Assembly: GCA_963666485.2 (NCBI GenBank)
Contig: CAXXUO010000001.1
Span: 96,001-160,000, forward strand
From: Syntrophorhabdaceae bacterium
GTDB lineage: Bacteria; Desulfobacterota; Syntrophorhabdia; Syntrophorhabdales; Syntrophorhabdaceae
Reading direction: 5' to 3'
DNA length: 64,000 bases
Shown here: positions 30,264-40,312 of the stretch, in pieces
How positions within the stretch are numbered: position 1 is the first letter of the stretch
Layout: each line of letters starts with the position of its first letter
Notes under the pieces: generated by a model
What the model saw: only the letters and a program-made list of their open reading frames with translations
The model's database searches: none
Told to the model about the DNA's origin: nothing
Position numbers and translations under genes: made by a program

Positions 30264-30476
30264 ATGAACAGGAAAATATCCTGCGATTGCAGGCAGGGGC
30301 AGGAAAAGATCGATTGTTTTGCCTGCCGCCATTTTTACATAACGTACGATAAAGGATTCCCCTACGGCTGCGGGGCAATGGGGTTCAAATCCCGGGTTAT
30401 CCCGTGCCGCGAAGTGTATTCCAGTTCGGGCTTTGACTGCCAGTCATTTGCTTCGAAAAAGGCAAGGTCCCTTTAA
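30264..30476 (+). CDS. Small Cys-rich conserved protein (family often auto-annotated as uracil-DNA glycosylase; function unverified)
   Basis: CFACRHFYITYD..FPYGC.AMGFKS...P...V..SSG..C..F. Confidence 0.7.
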   Translation: MNRKISCDCRQGQEKIDCFACRHFYITYDKGFPYGCGAMGFKSRVIPCREVYSSSGFDCQSFASKKARSL

Positions 30477-30559
30477 AACACGTTAAATCGGGTAGCGCAA
30501 AGGAAAAAGATGCTTACATTTATCGCATAATGAAGTAAAAACCAAAAGGAGGCATAATT

Positions 30560-31174
30560 ATGGAAGACCAAAAATTGTATGCTTTACCCGACCTGCCCTA
30601 TGCATACGATGCCCTCGCTCCGTACCTGTCAAAAGAGCTCGTGACTTTGCATCACGACAAGCACCACGCGGCGTATGTCAATGGCGCAAATGCGATCCTT
30701 CAGAGGCTGGACAAGGCGAAGGCCGACGGTGCAGATTTCGACACCAAGGCCACATACAAGGAAATGTCGTTTCATATAGGCGGTCACCTGCTCCACTACA
30801 TCTTCTGGGAAAATCTGGCCCCGGCCGGCAAGGGCGGCGGCGGCGCGCCGACAGGTGTTCTTGCCCAGCTTATCGACAGGGAATACGGCTCGTTCGACCG
30901 TTTCAAGAAATTATTCTCGGCGGCCGCGACCAGCGTCGAAGGCTCCGGCTGGGCAACCCTCACATTCTGCAAGCTGACGAACAGGCCGATCATCATGCAG
31001 GTTGAAAAACATAACGTCAACGTATACCCGATGTTCAGGATCCTGATGGCGCTCGACGTCTGGGAACACGCCTACTATCTCGACTACAAGAACGACCGGG
31101 CAAAATTCGTAGAGGCCTACTGGAACATCGTGAACTGGGGGGCGATCAGCAAGAGTCTGGAAGAGGTGCTGTAA
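30560..31174 (+). CDS. sod: Fe/Mn superoxide dismutase
   Basis: [29 protein letters not shown]. Confidence 0.97.
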   Translation: MEDQKLYALPDLPYAYDALAPYLSKELVTLHHDKHHAAYVNGANAILQRLDKAKADGADFDTKATYKEMSFHIGGHLLHYIFWENLAPAGKGGGGAPTGVLAQLIDREYGSFDRFKKLFSAAATSVEGSGWATLTFCKLTNRPIIMQVEKHNVNVYPMFRILMALDVWEHAYYLDYKNDRAKFVEAYWNIVNWGAISKSLEEVL

Positions 31175-31180
31175 ACAAAA

Positions 31181-31225
31181 GTTCCAGGTTCCACGTTCCA
31201 GGTTCCACGTTAAAGACAAGAAATT
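31181..31225 (+). repeat. GTTCCA(C/G) x4 plus tail, 45 bp identical to 19766-19810
   Basis: gttccaggttccacgttccaggttccacgttaaagacaagaaatt at both sites. Confidence 0.93.
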
Positions 31226-31227
31226 TC

Positions 31228-31256
31228 AGCCGGGGTCTTCGGATCCCGGCTTTTTT
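31228..31256 (+). terminator. Intrinsic terminator of sod
   Basis: agccggggtc-ttcg-gatcccggct followed by a T run. Confidence 0.88.
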
Positions 31257-31327
31257 GTACTTCCTTTGGGTCAATTAATTTTCTTAAATGCCACATCAAC
31301 TTAGACAAAAATCATACAATGATACCA

Positions 31328-31427
31328 GCCGTCATTCCGGCTTGCCGGAATCCAGTGGCTTTGCAGTTTCTCTTTCCCAAAAACATTAAAGCCACTGGAT
31401 TCCGCCGCTAAAGCCGGCGGAATGACG
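31328..31427. repeat. CGTC-type REP doublet
   Basis: cgtcattccggcttgccggaatccagtggcttt ... aaagccactggattccgccgctaaagccggcggaatgacg. Confidence 0.85.
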
Positions 31428-31458
31428 CTATTTGGTTGAGATATAGCTCAACCGTGTT

Positions 31459-32046
31459 TTAGGGTATTCTCTTTTTGAGATAGGCTTTGCGGGCCAGGAT
31501 GATCCCGTACACAAACAGAAGCAACGTGAGTATGAATGCTGCTACGGGAATGAGGATCGAAAGGAGGGAAACAACAAGGGACGCAACGAGTTCCAGGCTG
31601 GCGACAATGAAATTTGCGAGTCCGCCGGTGAAGAGGGTGGACTTTGCGCGCAGCGCAACCGTTGCGCCCTGGAGCAGGCCTGCTATCCCGCCCCCGGCAA
31701 TGATCGAGATCGTCCATTTCAAGGAGGGGGGGATATCGGTTATCAGGGAGGCTGAAGCTATGGTGCCTGCAATGATGCTGACCGGCGACGCGATCGTATC
31801 CATGACGTTGTCGAGCCAGGGCACATAATAGGCAATTATCTCAAGTACGGTCGCGAGACCGAATGCAACCGTTACCTGTCTGCCCGCGATCCATTCAAAT
31901 CCCGGCGCCAGACTGATATACCCGAACATCGATGCAAGGTTGAGAGCGAGAAGCGGCAGGAAGATCCGGAAACCACAGGCTGCACTGAGCCCGATACCTG
32001 TCAGGACCGCAATGATGATCTCGATATGATCGCGCGATAATCCCAT
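31459..32046 (-). CDS. DUF4126-like membrane protein
   Basis: GIGLSAACGFRIFLPL, EIIAYYVPWLDN..D, RAKST..TGG..N. Confidence 0.85.
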   Translation of the reverse strand: MGLSRDHIEIIIAVLTGIGLSAACGFRIFLPLLALNLASMFGYISLAPGFEWIAGRQVTVAFGLATVLEIIAYYVPWLDNVMDTIASPVSIIAGTIASASLITDIPPSLKWTISIIAGGGIAGLLQGATVALRAKSTLFTGGLANFIVASLELVASLVVSLLSILIPVAAFILTLLLFVYGIILARKAYLKKRIP

Positions 32047-32071
32047 CTCACCATTGTTGTAACATAAAAAC

Positions 32072-32190
32072 GGGTAATGGGTAATAGGTAATGGGTTATG
32101 GGGATTTTTTCCGGCACCCCGCCATGCCTATCACCTATCTTTATCTTTTCCCGTTACCTATCACCCATCGCCCATTGCCTATAACCTATC
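32072..32190. repeat. Inverted pair of degenerate heptamer arrays (TAATGGG-type / CCTATCA-type) in a divergent intergenic region
   Basis: taatggg taatagg taatggg ttatggg ... cctatca cccatcg cccattg cctataa cctatc. Confidence 0.8.
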
Positions 32191-32262
32191 TTCTTGCCCA
32201 TTGCCTGTCGTTTTGTTAGAATCGCGGAAGACGGAAACTTCCTGACACCAGCGGGGGTGAAA

Positions 32263-34905
32263 ATGACCTTCCTTCGCGCATTTCTGGCATTGCTTCTTTT
32301 ATCGCTGATCTTCACGATCGTCCCGGGCGTCTCATACGGAGAGGAAACGGACGATCTCTCGAAAAAGATCGCGCAGATAAACGACCTGAGAAGACAGGGC
32401 AAGCCCCGTGAGGCCGCTGAACTGGCAACGCAGCTCGTAGAAAATACCAAAAAGACATTCGGACCGGACGACCCGAATACGGCACGGGCGGTCTTTACAC
32501 TCGGCAACCTTTACCGCCTCTCCGGCAACTATGCCGAGGCCGAGCCACTTCTCAGGCAGGCACTGTCATCTGCCCAAAAAGCCCGCGGTCCGTATCGCGG
32601 CTTGATATCAAATATTCTCATCGTGACAGCGATGCTTTATAACAGCACCGGCCGCTATGCCGAAGCAGAACCGCTGCTGAAACAATCACTGGACATCCTG
32701 GAACGAATGAAGATCAGGAGCCAGGAGGCCATTGCCTTCGCTACGACCCTGCTCGCCGAGGTGTACCACTTTACCGGGCGTCAGGCCGAAGCGGAACCGC
32801 TCATGGTAAAGGCGCTGGGTATCTATGAGAAAGCTGACGATTTTATGCCGGAAAGGACGGCCCATGCTCTCACTGTACTTGGCCGGATCTACCGTAATAC
32901 AGGCCGTTTTGCTCAGGCCGAGCCGCTTATACGGCGCTCTCTCGCCATAAGTGAAAAAAACCTCGGGCCCGAGCACGGGACCGTTGCGTTCGCGCTCAAC
33001 AACCTGGCCCTGATATACAGGAACACGGGGCGCTCCGCCGAGGTTGAGCCGCTGTATGTGAGGTCTCTCGCAATTACGGAAAAGAACCTCAGCCCCAATC
33101 ACCCGCTTCTTTCCGCGACCCTGAACAATCTCGCGTATCATTACGGCAACGCGGGGAAACATGTGAAAGCTGACAGCACGTTCAGAAGGGCTGCCCGGGT
33201 CCAGGAATCGATGCGTGCATCGATCTTTACCCTTCTGACAGAAAAGCAGAAGTTATCGTACATGAAAACCCAGGAGAACGGTATTTACGGATACGTCAGC
33301 CACACCCTGGGATTCCCCCGGGTCTCCGCGACCGCTGTTGCGGAAACCTTCGATACGTGGCTGAGATGGAAGGGTTCGGTCATCGAGGCGCAGGGGCGTT
33401 TCCTCGATGCGGTCTACACATCTGACGACCCGGGAACCCAGGCTAAGCTCAAAGAGCTCATAACGATAAGAAAGGAACTCTCCCGCCTCGAAATTTCGGG
33501 CCCGGAAAAGACAGGGGCGGAAGAATACGGGCGAAGAACGGGCGAACTCAGAAAAAAACAGGCATCGCTCGAAATTGAGCTTATGTCGGGAAACAGGGAT
33601 TTTATGCTTCAGAAAAAATCCCAGGATGCCGGCACAGAAACATTGGCCGCCTATATGCCGGGGAACGCCGTCTACCTCGACTATGCAAAAATACGTCTGT
33701 TTGATTTTCGTAAGAAGAAATGGCTGGGCCCTCACTATCTTGTCTTTCTCTTTGCGCCGGGCAGTGCAAAATCGACACAACTACTCAGCATGGGCCCCGC
33801 CGAACCGGTCGACCGGCACATCAATGAATATCTCAGGGAAATGGCGCGGGCGGGAAGCGAAGGAAAACTGCCCGACGAGAAAAAGCTGAGAGAGGAGGCC
33901 ACGGCCCTTTACAACATCCTTGTGCGGCCTTTAGAAAGCTTCTTCCCGGGAAAGGAGCACATCCTCATAAGCCCCGACGGGAACCTGAACCTGATACCGT
34001 TCGAGGCCCTTGTCGATCCCGCCGGAAAATATCTCATTGAAAAAGCGGTTATAAGCTATGTCGGGGCGGGCCGGGACATCGTCAAGTTCTCGCGTATCTC
34101 CCTCAAAGGAGGGACCTCGCTTATCATAGCGGACCCGGACTATGACCTCGGGCAGAACGAGATCGAGAGGTCAAAGAAAAACGGCGGTCTTGCCGTGTCC
34201 CAGACAAGGTCCTTCACTCTCAGAGACCTCGAAGGAATGCACTTTGACCCGCTGCCCGATACGAAAATAGAGGCCGATGCCGTCGAGAAGATCCTGCATG
34301 ACACTTTTTCCCAGACCGTGTTGAACCGCCAGGGCAAGAAAGCGCTCGAATACACGCTCTTCGAAAATTTTTCACCGAAAGTGCTTCACCTCGCAACGCA
34401 CGGATATTTCCTGACAAAACAGGAACCGAAACAGACCGATGCTGTCGCCGACATGGCCGCAGAGGATGACCTGATGGACAACCCGGCGTTCGTTATCCAA
34501 AACCCGATGCTCCGCTCCGGTATAGTCCTTGCCGGGGTCAATACATCCCTCAAGGCCGGGCAGGACGAGGGCATGGTAACGGCCGAGAAGGTCCTGGGGT
34601 TGCGGCTCAAGGGCACGGACCTTGTTGTGCTGTCAGCGTGCAGGACCGGCGTCGGCGACATAGAGAGCGGTGAAGGTGTGTTTGGCCTGAAAAGGGCTTT
34701 CATCCTTTCCGGGGCCAAGTCGATCATCATGAGCCTGTGGAGCGTGCCGTCCCGGGAAACGGTGGACCTGATGCGCTCATTCTACACACAGATAGCCGAA
34801 GGAAAGACCGCATCCGTAGCCTTGAGGCAGGCGAAGCTTTCGATAATGCAAAAACAGCCGCATCCGTTCTTCTGGGCTGCGTTCATTCTGACGGGAGCAC
34901 CGTAA
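32263..34905 (+). CDS. Exported TPR-CHAT (caspase-like) domain protein
   Basis: Signal peptide, tandem TPRs (LNNLA..Y...G...EAEPL), SPDG.L.LIPFEAL, HLATHG, LVVLSAC.TG, SLWSV, HPFFWAAF. Confidence 0.92.
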   Translation: MTFLRAFLALLLLSLIFTIVPGVSYGEETDDLSKKIAQINDLRRQGKPREAAELATQLVENTKKTFGPDDPNTARAVFTLGNLYRLSGNYAEAEPLLRQALSSAQKARGPYRGLISNILIVTAMLYNSTGRYAEAEPLLKQSLDILERMKIRSQEAIAFATTLLAEVYHFTGRQAEAEPLMVKALGIYEKADDFMPERTAHALTVLGRIYRNTGRFAQAEPLIRRSLAISEKNLGPEHGTVAFALNNLALIYRNTGRSAEVEPLYVRSLAITEKNLSPNHPLLSATLNNLAYHYGNAGKHVKADSTFRRAARVQESMRASIFTLLTEKQKLSYMKTQENGIYGYVSHTLGFPRVSATAVAETFDTWLRWKGSVIEAQGRFLDAVYTSDDPGTQAKLKELITIRKELSRLEISGPEKTGAEEYGRRTGELRKKQASLEIELMSGNRDFMLQKKSQDAGTETLAAYMPGNAVYLDYAKIRLFDFRKKKWLGPHYLVFLFAPGSAKSTQLLSMGPAEPVDRHINEYLREMARAGSEGKLPDEKKLREEATALYNILVRPLESFFPGKEHILISPDGNLNLIPFEALVDPAGKYLIEKAVISYVGAGRDIVKFSRISLKGGTSLIIADPDYDLGQNEIERSKKNGGLAVSQTRSFTLRDLEGMHFDPLPDTKIEADAVEKILHDTFSQTVLNRQGKKALEYTLFENFSPKVLHLATHGYFLTKQEPKQTDAVADMAAEDDLMDNPAFVIQNPMLRSGIVLAGVNTSLKAGQDEGMVTAEKVLGLRLKGTDLVVLSACRTGVGDIESGEGVFGLKRAFILSGAKSIIMSLWSVPSRETVDLMRSFYTQIAEGKTASVALRQAKLSIMQKQPHPFFWAAFILTGAP

Positions 34906-34910
34906 AAAAA

Positions 34911-34938
34911 GTTCCAGGTTCCAGGTTCCAGGTTCCAC
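34911..34938 (+). repeat. GTTCCA(C/G) heptamer x4 after the stop codon
   Basis: taaaaaaa gttccag gttccag gttccag gttccac. Confidence 0.92.
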
Positions 34939-34976
34939 GTTAAAAGAAAAAAACAGGAAACAGGTTTGGGCCGGCA

Positions 34977-35507
34977 TCATCGCGACGAGTGGTCCACGAT
35001 GATCAATTTGTCTGTATCGAATCCCATGTCCTTCGCCTTTCCCATGAGCGCAGTCATGACCGGCTGTTCCAGTTTCGGGGTACGGGCGAGGATCCAGAGA
35101 TAGTTCCGGGTGTTACCGCACACAATGGCCCAGGCATAATCAGCGTCAAGCGCGATGACGTTATATCCGCCATAAAAGGGTCCAAAAAATGATACCTTCA
35201 ACTGCCCGATATCGGGGCTTCCGACAAAATATCCTTTGCCCTTTGCCTTTTTCCACACCTTTTTCCCGGGATCGAACCCGGAATTTATCACATCGATCCC
35301 ACCGTCCTTTCGCAGGGTGTACTCGGCCCGGACGTTCGTAAGGCCCCTCTCGAAGGAGTGATCGAGACGGGCTATTTCGTACCAGGTGCCCATATAACGG
35401 TCCACTGTGAACCCTTTCACGGGTTCGATCCCGTTCGGGAGCGTCGCGCATGCGCCGAAAAGGAGAAGGCATGTAAATATCATAAATATCGCTATATTAC
35501 CTGACAT
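34977..35507 (-). CDS. blc: Bacterial lipocalin lipoprotein (Blc family)
   Basis: Lipobox FGAC, RYMGTWYEIARL, LKVSFFGPFYG.Y, YLWILARTP; start uncertain. Confidence 0.9.
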   Translation of the reverse strand: MSGNIAIFMIFTCLLLFGACATLPNGIEPVKGFTVDRYMGTWYEIARLDHSFERGLTNVRAEYTLRKDGGIDVINSGFDPGKKVWKKAKGKGYFVGSPDIGQLKVSFFGPFYGGYNVIALDADYAWAIVCGNTRNYLWILARTPKLEQPVMTALMGKAKDMGFDTDKLIIVDHSSR

Positions 35508-35727
35508 TTTTTTCACACGTCCACTTCGTATATCTCGCATATATCAAATTTAATTCGGAAAACAATGGAATGCAAACGAAAAACAGGCTTGCCTTCTTGA
35601 AATACTAAAAGGTATACTCACAAAAAGTGTGTGGCAGGCTTTATCGGCTCTCCCGGCCGAGAAGAGAAGGTATGTCGAAAAGGTCCGTGACCGGACTTTA
35701 AGTTATTTCCGAACGTGGGGTTCACAT

Positions 35728-37083
35728 ATGATCCGTGACACATATTGTTTCCCGTTGAAGAAACAAAACGGAGTATCGCTGGCGATCATTATTTTACTCA
35801 TGATCGCTCTCGTTCTCGGCGGTTGTTCGAAAAAACCGAAACAGCAGCCGCATCAGGCCGAAGTTACCGTCATGGCGATAAAACAGGCGGACACTCCTGT
35901 GGCGTTCGAATTCGTAGCCCAGACACAGAGTTCCCATGAAGTGCAGATACGGGCGCGTGTCAGCGGATTCCTGGAAAAACGGGTCTACACCGAAGGCACG
36001 GTCGTAAAAAAGGGCAGCACCCTTTTCCTAATGGACAAGAAACCGTTCCTGGCCCAGGTGGCTGCGGCTGCTGCTGCGCTGGCCCGGCAGAAATCGAACC
36101 ACGAAACGGCGCGCAGGAACCTGGAGCGTGTAAAGCCCCTTGCCGAACAGAACGCACTTTCCCAGAAAGACCTCGACGATGCCAACCGTAATTTCGAAAC
36201 GACGGCGGCGGAGGTCGAGCAGGCCAAGGCCCAGCTCCTGACACAGCAGCTCGACCTGTCCTACTGCACGATCACATCGCCCATCACCGGGATAACGGCG
36301 GCGGCTATGGTCCAGGACGGCGCTTACGTGAACATGCAGAACAACCAGCTGACCACCGTCTCGGTCCTGTCCCCCATGTGGGTCAATTTCAGCATCTCCG
36401 AGAACGACGTGAAGAGGTATGCGGACAGGATCGCCTCGGGTTCGATCATTCCCCCGAAGAATGACAATTACGAGGTTGAAATAATCCTGGTCGACGGGTC
36501 CATATTCTCCGAAAAAGGCGCAATAACCTTCGCTTCCCCGTCGTACGACGCGAAAACCGGTACATTCATGCTCAGGTCGAGCTTCCCCAATGCAAAAGGA
36601 TATCTCCGGCCAAATCAGTATGTCCGCGCCCGATTGAAAGGGGCCGTCCGGCGGAACGCTATATTAATACCCCAGCGGGCCGTTCAGCAGGGTGCCAAGG
36701 GACATTTTGTATGGGTGGTGAACAAGGAGGGGAAGGCCGAGTTCAGGCCGGTAACGGTCGGCGATTGGTACGGTGACGGTCTTTTTATCGATACGGGGTT
36801 GCGCACCGGTGATCAGGTCGTCGTCGACGGTATGCTTGGCGTGCGCACGGGCGAAGCGGTAAAGATCAAGCAGGCGGCCGCGGAACAGCCGACCGGCAGG
36901 CGGCCCGGCGAGGCCCCGGCGATCAAAATGGAACAGGCACTGCCCAAACCTCCGTCAAAACCGGACGCTTCGGCGACCCCCGCCAAAAGCGCGGCACCAC
37001 CGACTGAAGCAACCGCTCCGGGAAAACCCGCCGCGAAGCCGGCGGCTGCCGGATCGAGCGGGAGCACGAAACAGGGGAGGTAG
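35728..37083 (+). CDS. RND efflux periplasmic adaptor (MFP) with a Pro/Ala-rich C-terminal tail
   Basis: Lipobox LGGC, IRARVSGFL, VKKG.TLF, ITSPITG, IPQRAV; start uncertain. Confidence 0.92.
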   Translation: MIRDTYCFPLKKQNGVSLAIIILLMIALVLGGCSKKPKQQPHQAEVTVMAIKQADTPVAFEFVAQTQSSHEVQIRARVSGFLEKRVYTEGTVVKKGSTLFLMDKKPFLAQVAAAAAALARQKSNHETARRNLERVKPLAEQNALSQKDLDDANRNFETTAAEVEQAKAQLLTQQLDLSYCTITSPITGITAAAMVQDGAYVNMQNNQLTTVSVLSPMWVNFSISENDVKRYADRIASGSIIPPKNDNYEVEIILVDGSIFSEKGAITFASPSYDAKTGTFMLRSSFPNAKGYLRPNQYVRARLKGAVRRNAILIPQRAVQQGAKGHFVWVVNKEGKAEFRPVTVGDWYGDGLFIDTGLRTGDQVVVDGMLGVRTGEAVKIKQAAAEQPTGRRPGEAPAIKMEQALPKPPSKPDASATPAKSAAPPTEATAPGKPAAKPAAAGSSGSTKQGR

Positions 37084-37086
37084 GGC

Positions 37087-40000
37087 ATGTTCTCCCGGTT
37101 CTTCATAGAACGACCCATCTTTGCGACCGTCGTCGCCCTCATCATAGTCATCGCGGGGCTTGTCGCGATGAAATCACTTCCCGTCGCCCAGTACCCGACG
37201 ATAACCCCGGTCCAGATCCAGGTCACAACAACATACCCGGGCGCCGACTCCAAAACGGTCAGCGACTCCGTGGCGGCACCCATCGAGGCACAGATCAACG
37301 GCGTCGACAACATGCTCTACATGACGTCGACGAGCTCGAACACCGGCCAGTTGACCCTGACCGTGTATTTTACGCTGAACACCGACCCCGACATAGCACA
37401 GGTCCAGGTCCAGAACAGGGTGAGCCTTGCCATGCCGCAATTGCCGGAAGCCGTGACGCAATTCGGCGTTTCTGTCGAGAAAAAATCATCCAACATCCTG
37501 ATGATCGTTTCGGTCTTCAACAAGGACGGGCGCTACTCGGCGGATTATGTCAACAACTATGCGAACGTGTACGTCCTGGACGCGGTAAAGCGGGTGGAAG
37601 GCGCGGGCCAGGCGCAGATATTCGGACTGCCCGACCAGGCAATGCGAATCTGGATGAACCCCGATCACATGGCATCACTCGGTATCACGACGACGGATAT
37701 CCAGCAGGCAATCGCGAAACAGAACGCCCTCTGGGGCGCCGGGCAGGTCGGCCAGCAGCCAAACGACCCCAAGGTCCAGTTGACCCTGCCTGTCGTTACC
37801 CAGGCGCCGTTCACGAATCCCCGGCAATACGAGAGCATTATTCTCAAGACAAGCACAGACGGCTCCGCCATAGTCACGGTCGGAGATGTTGCCCGGGCCG
37901 AGGTCGGCAAGAAACAATACATTGACGACAACAAGGTGAACGGGATCGCGGCCACCCCCGTGGCGGTATACCAGCAACCCGGGGTGAACGGGCTCGACGT
38001 GTCGAAGGCCGTCCGGAAAACCATGGAAGAATTGAAGAAGTCAATGCCGGACGGGATGGATTACAGCATCACGCTCGACACGACGGATTTTGTCCGCATC
38101 TCGATCGAGGAAGTTGTCCACACTCTTTTCGAGGCGGTCATCCTTGTCGTTTTCATCGTCTACCTCTTCCTGCAAAGCTTCCGCTCGACCATAATCTGCA
38201 CCGTGGCCATATTCGTCTCGCTCATTGGAACGTTCTGCGGAATGCTGGTGTTGGGTTTTTCGATCAATATGCTCACTCTCTTCGGGGTGGTGCTCGCCAT
38301 AGGCATGGTTGTCGACGACGCGATCGTCGTCGTCGAGAATGTCGAGCGAAACATGATGAAAAATCACCTGCCTCCAAAGGAAGCGACCATAAAGGCCATG
38401 GAGGAGATCGGCACATCGCTTATCGCCGTCGTGCTCGTTATGGCCTCGGTCTTTATCCCTGCCGCCTTTCTTCCCGGTACGACGGGCCAGCTCTACAAAC
38501 AGTTTGCGATCACGATCGTTATCTCGGTCGCCCTTTCCGGTTTTACCGCACTGACGCTGACACCCGCAATGTGCGCCATCATGCTCAAGCACGGTCAGCC
38601 GTCCGAAAAGGGCATCTTCAAATATTTCAACCGTTTTTTTGGATGGTTCAACCGCGGCTTCGATCGTTTCACGGTTTTGTTTGGCGACCTGGTCGTTATG
38701 ATGATCAAGAGGATGACGATCGCTTTCTGCGCCCTGGCACTCTTGATCGCCGGGCTCCTGTATCTTTTCCACGCGATTCCGACCAGCTTCGTACCGAATG
38801 AAGATCAGGGTTACCTCATGGGTATTCTCCTCATGCCGGATGCGGCCAGCTTAAAGCGCACGGCTGATGCGGCCGATGAGATCGATAAGATCTTCGCAAA
38901 ACAACCGGGCGTCAAGGACCGTACCATCATCAACGGCTACAGCCTCCTCGACAGCCAATTCAAATCAAATGCCACAACGTTCTTTGTCACACTCGATGAT
39001 TTCAAGGAACGATACTCGTCCATGAAGAAAGCAAAACAGCAGAACGCACGAGCTATCGTGCAGGGTGTCATGGCACAATCCGGCCACTTGCAAAAGGGTA
39101 TCTTTTTTCCTATCATCCCCCCCGCCATACCCGGTATCGGGACGACCGGCGGATTCGAGTTCTGGATCCAGGACAAAGGGACCGGGGACCCGGCGGCGCT
39201 GTACGACGTGACCCAGAAATTTCTCGAAAAGGCCCGGACACGCCCGGAACTTACGAGCCTCAATTCCACCTACAAAGCTGCATCTCAACAGATACGGGCA
39301 GATGTTGACCGCTCGAAGGCCATGCTCCTCAACGTCCCCGTCGAAGACGTCTACAGTACATTGCAGGCGCAATTCGGGTCTGTTGTGGCGAGCCAGTTTA
39401 ACCAGTACAGCAGGGTGTGGAACGTGACCCTCCAGTCGGATGCCCGCTACAGGCAGAGACCTGAAGATATTACGAGGCTTTATACGCGATCGAGGACCCA
39501 GGACATGGTCCCGCTTTCCGCTGTCGTGTCGACAAAATTCGTAACAGGCCCGGACCTCATGTCGCGGTTCAATGGTTTCCCGGCCGCCCAGATCACGGGA
39601 AGCGCTGCTGCTGACAGAAGTTCCGGCGAAGCCATCAAGGCGATGGAAGAAGTAGCAGCGGAGGTATTGCCCCAGGGGTACAGTTTTGCGTGGTCCGGTA
39701 TGGCATTTCAGGAGAAACAGTCGGGCGGCACATCGTCCTCGGCATTTGTCTTCGGCCTCATTATCGTCTTTCTCATTCTCGCCGCCCAGTTTGAGTCGTG
39801 GGTCATGCCTGGCTCTGTTATGACGGCGGTGCCATTCGGTATCCTTGGCGCCCTTTTCTTCAACTATTGCCGCGGACTTGAAAATGACGTGTACTTCCAG
39901 ATCGGCCTTCTCGTGCTCATCGGGCTCGGGGCCAAGAATGCCGTTCTCCGTGTTGCCTTTGCATCGGAGCTCAGAAAACAGGGACTGTCGATCATGGACG

Positions 40001-40311
40001 CGACGATACAGGCAGGTGAACAGCGCTTGCGGCCTATCATCATGACATCTCTTGCGTTTATCTTCGGCGTATTGCCTCTCGCCATAGCGACCGGTGCGGG
40101 GGCAAATGCGCGCCATTCTATCGGCACCGGCATCATAGGCGGCATGATCGGGGAGACCACGCTTGCCATGCTCTACGTGCCTCTCTTCTTCTATATTTTC
40201 GACGGACTGGCCGAGCGCTCTGCAGAGAAGAAAGAAAAAAAGAAAAAAACTCAGGAGGCGGTGGAAGGAAAACCGCGCGAAGACCTCCTGCCGGACAAGG
40301 AGGAGAGCTGA
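37087..40311 (+). CDS. HAE1-family RND efflux permease
   Basis: FFIERPIFA, LPVAQYP, AIGMVVDDAIVVVENVER, RLRPIIMTS. Confidence 0.96.
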   Translation: MFSRFFIERPIFATVVALIIVIAGLVAMKSLPVAQYPTITPVQIQVTTTYPGADSKTVSDSVAAPIEAQINGVDNMLYMTSTSSNTGQLTLTVYFTLNTDPDIAQVQVQNRVSLAMPQLPEAVTQFGVSVEKKSSNILMIVSVFNKDGRYSADYVNNYANVYVLDAVKRVEGAGQAQIFGLPDQAMRIWMNPDHMASLGITTTDIQQAIAKQNALWGAGQVGQQPNDPKVQLTLPVVTQAPFTNPRQYESIILKTSTDGSAIVTVGDVARAEVGKKQYIDDNKVNGIAATPVAVYQQPGVNGLDVSKAVRKTMEELKKSMPDGMDYSITLDTTDFVRISIEEVVHTLFEAVILVVFIVYLFLQSFRSTIICTVAIFVSLIGTFCGMLVLGFSINMLTLFGVVLAIGMVVDDAIVVVENVERNMMKNHLPPKEATIKAMEEIGTSLIAVVLVMASVFIPAAFLPGTTGQLYKQFAITIVISVALSGFTALTLTPAMCAIMLKHGQPSEKGIFKYFNRFFGWFNRGFDRFTVLFGDLVVMMIKRMTIAFCALALLIAGLLYLFHAIPTSFVPNEDQGYLMGILLMPDAASLKRTADAADEIDKIFAKQPGVKDRTIINGYSLLDSQFKSNATTFFVTLDDFKERYSSMKKAKQQNARAIVQGVMAQSGHLQKGIFFPIIPPAIPGIGTTGGFEFWIQDKGTGDPAALYDVTQKFLEKARTRPELTSLNSTYKAASQQIRADVDRSKAMLLNVPVEDVYSTLQAQFGSVVASQFNQYSRVWNVTLQSDARYRQRPEDITRLYTRSRTQDMVPLSAVVSTKFVTGPDLMSRFNGFPAAQITGSAAADRSSGEAIKAMEEVAAEVLPQGYSFAWSGMAFQEKQSGGTSSSAFVFGLIIVFLILAAQFESWVMPGSVMTAVPFGILGALFFNYCRGLENDVYFQIGLLVLIGLGAKNAVLRVAFASELRKQGLSIMDATIQAGEQRLRPIIMTSLAFIFGVLPLAIATGAGANARHSIGTGIIGGMIGETTLAMLYVPLFFYIFDGLAERSAEKKEKKKKTQEAVEGKPREDLLPDKEES

Positions 40312-40312
40312 T

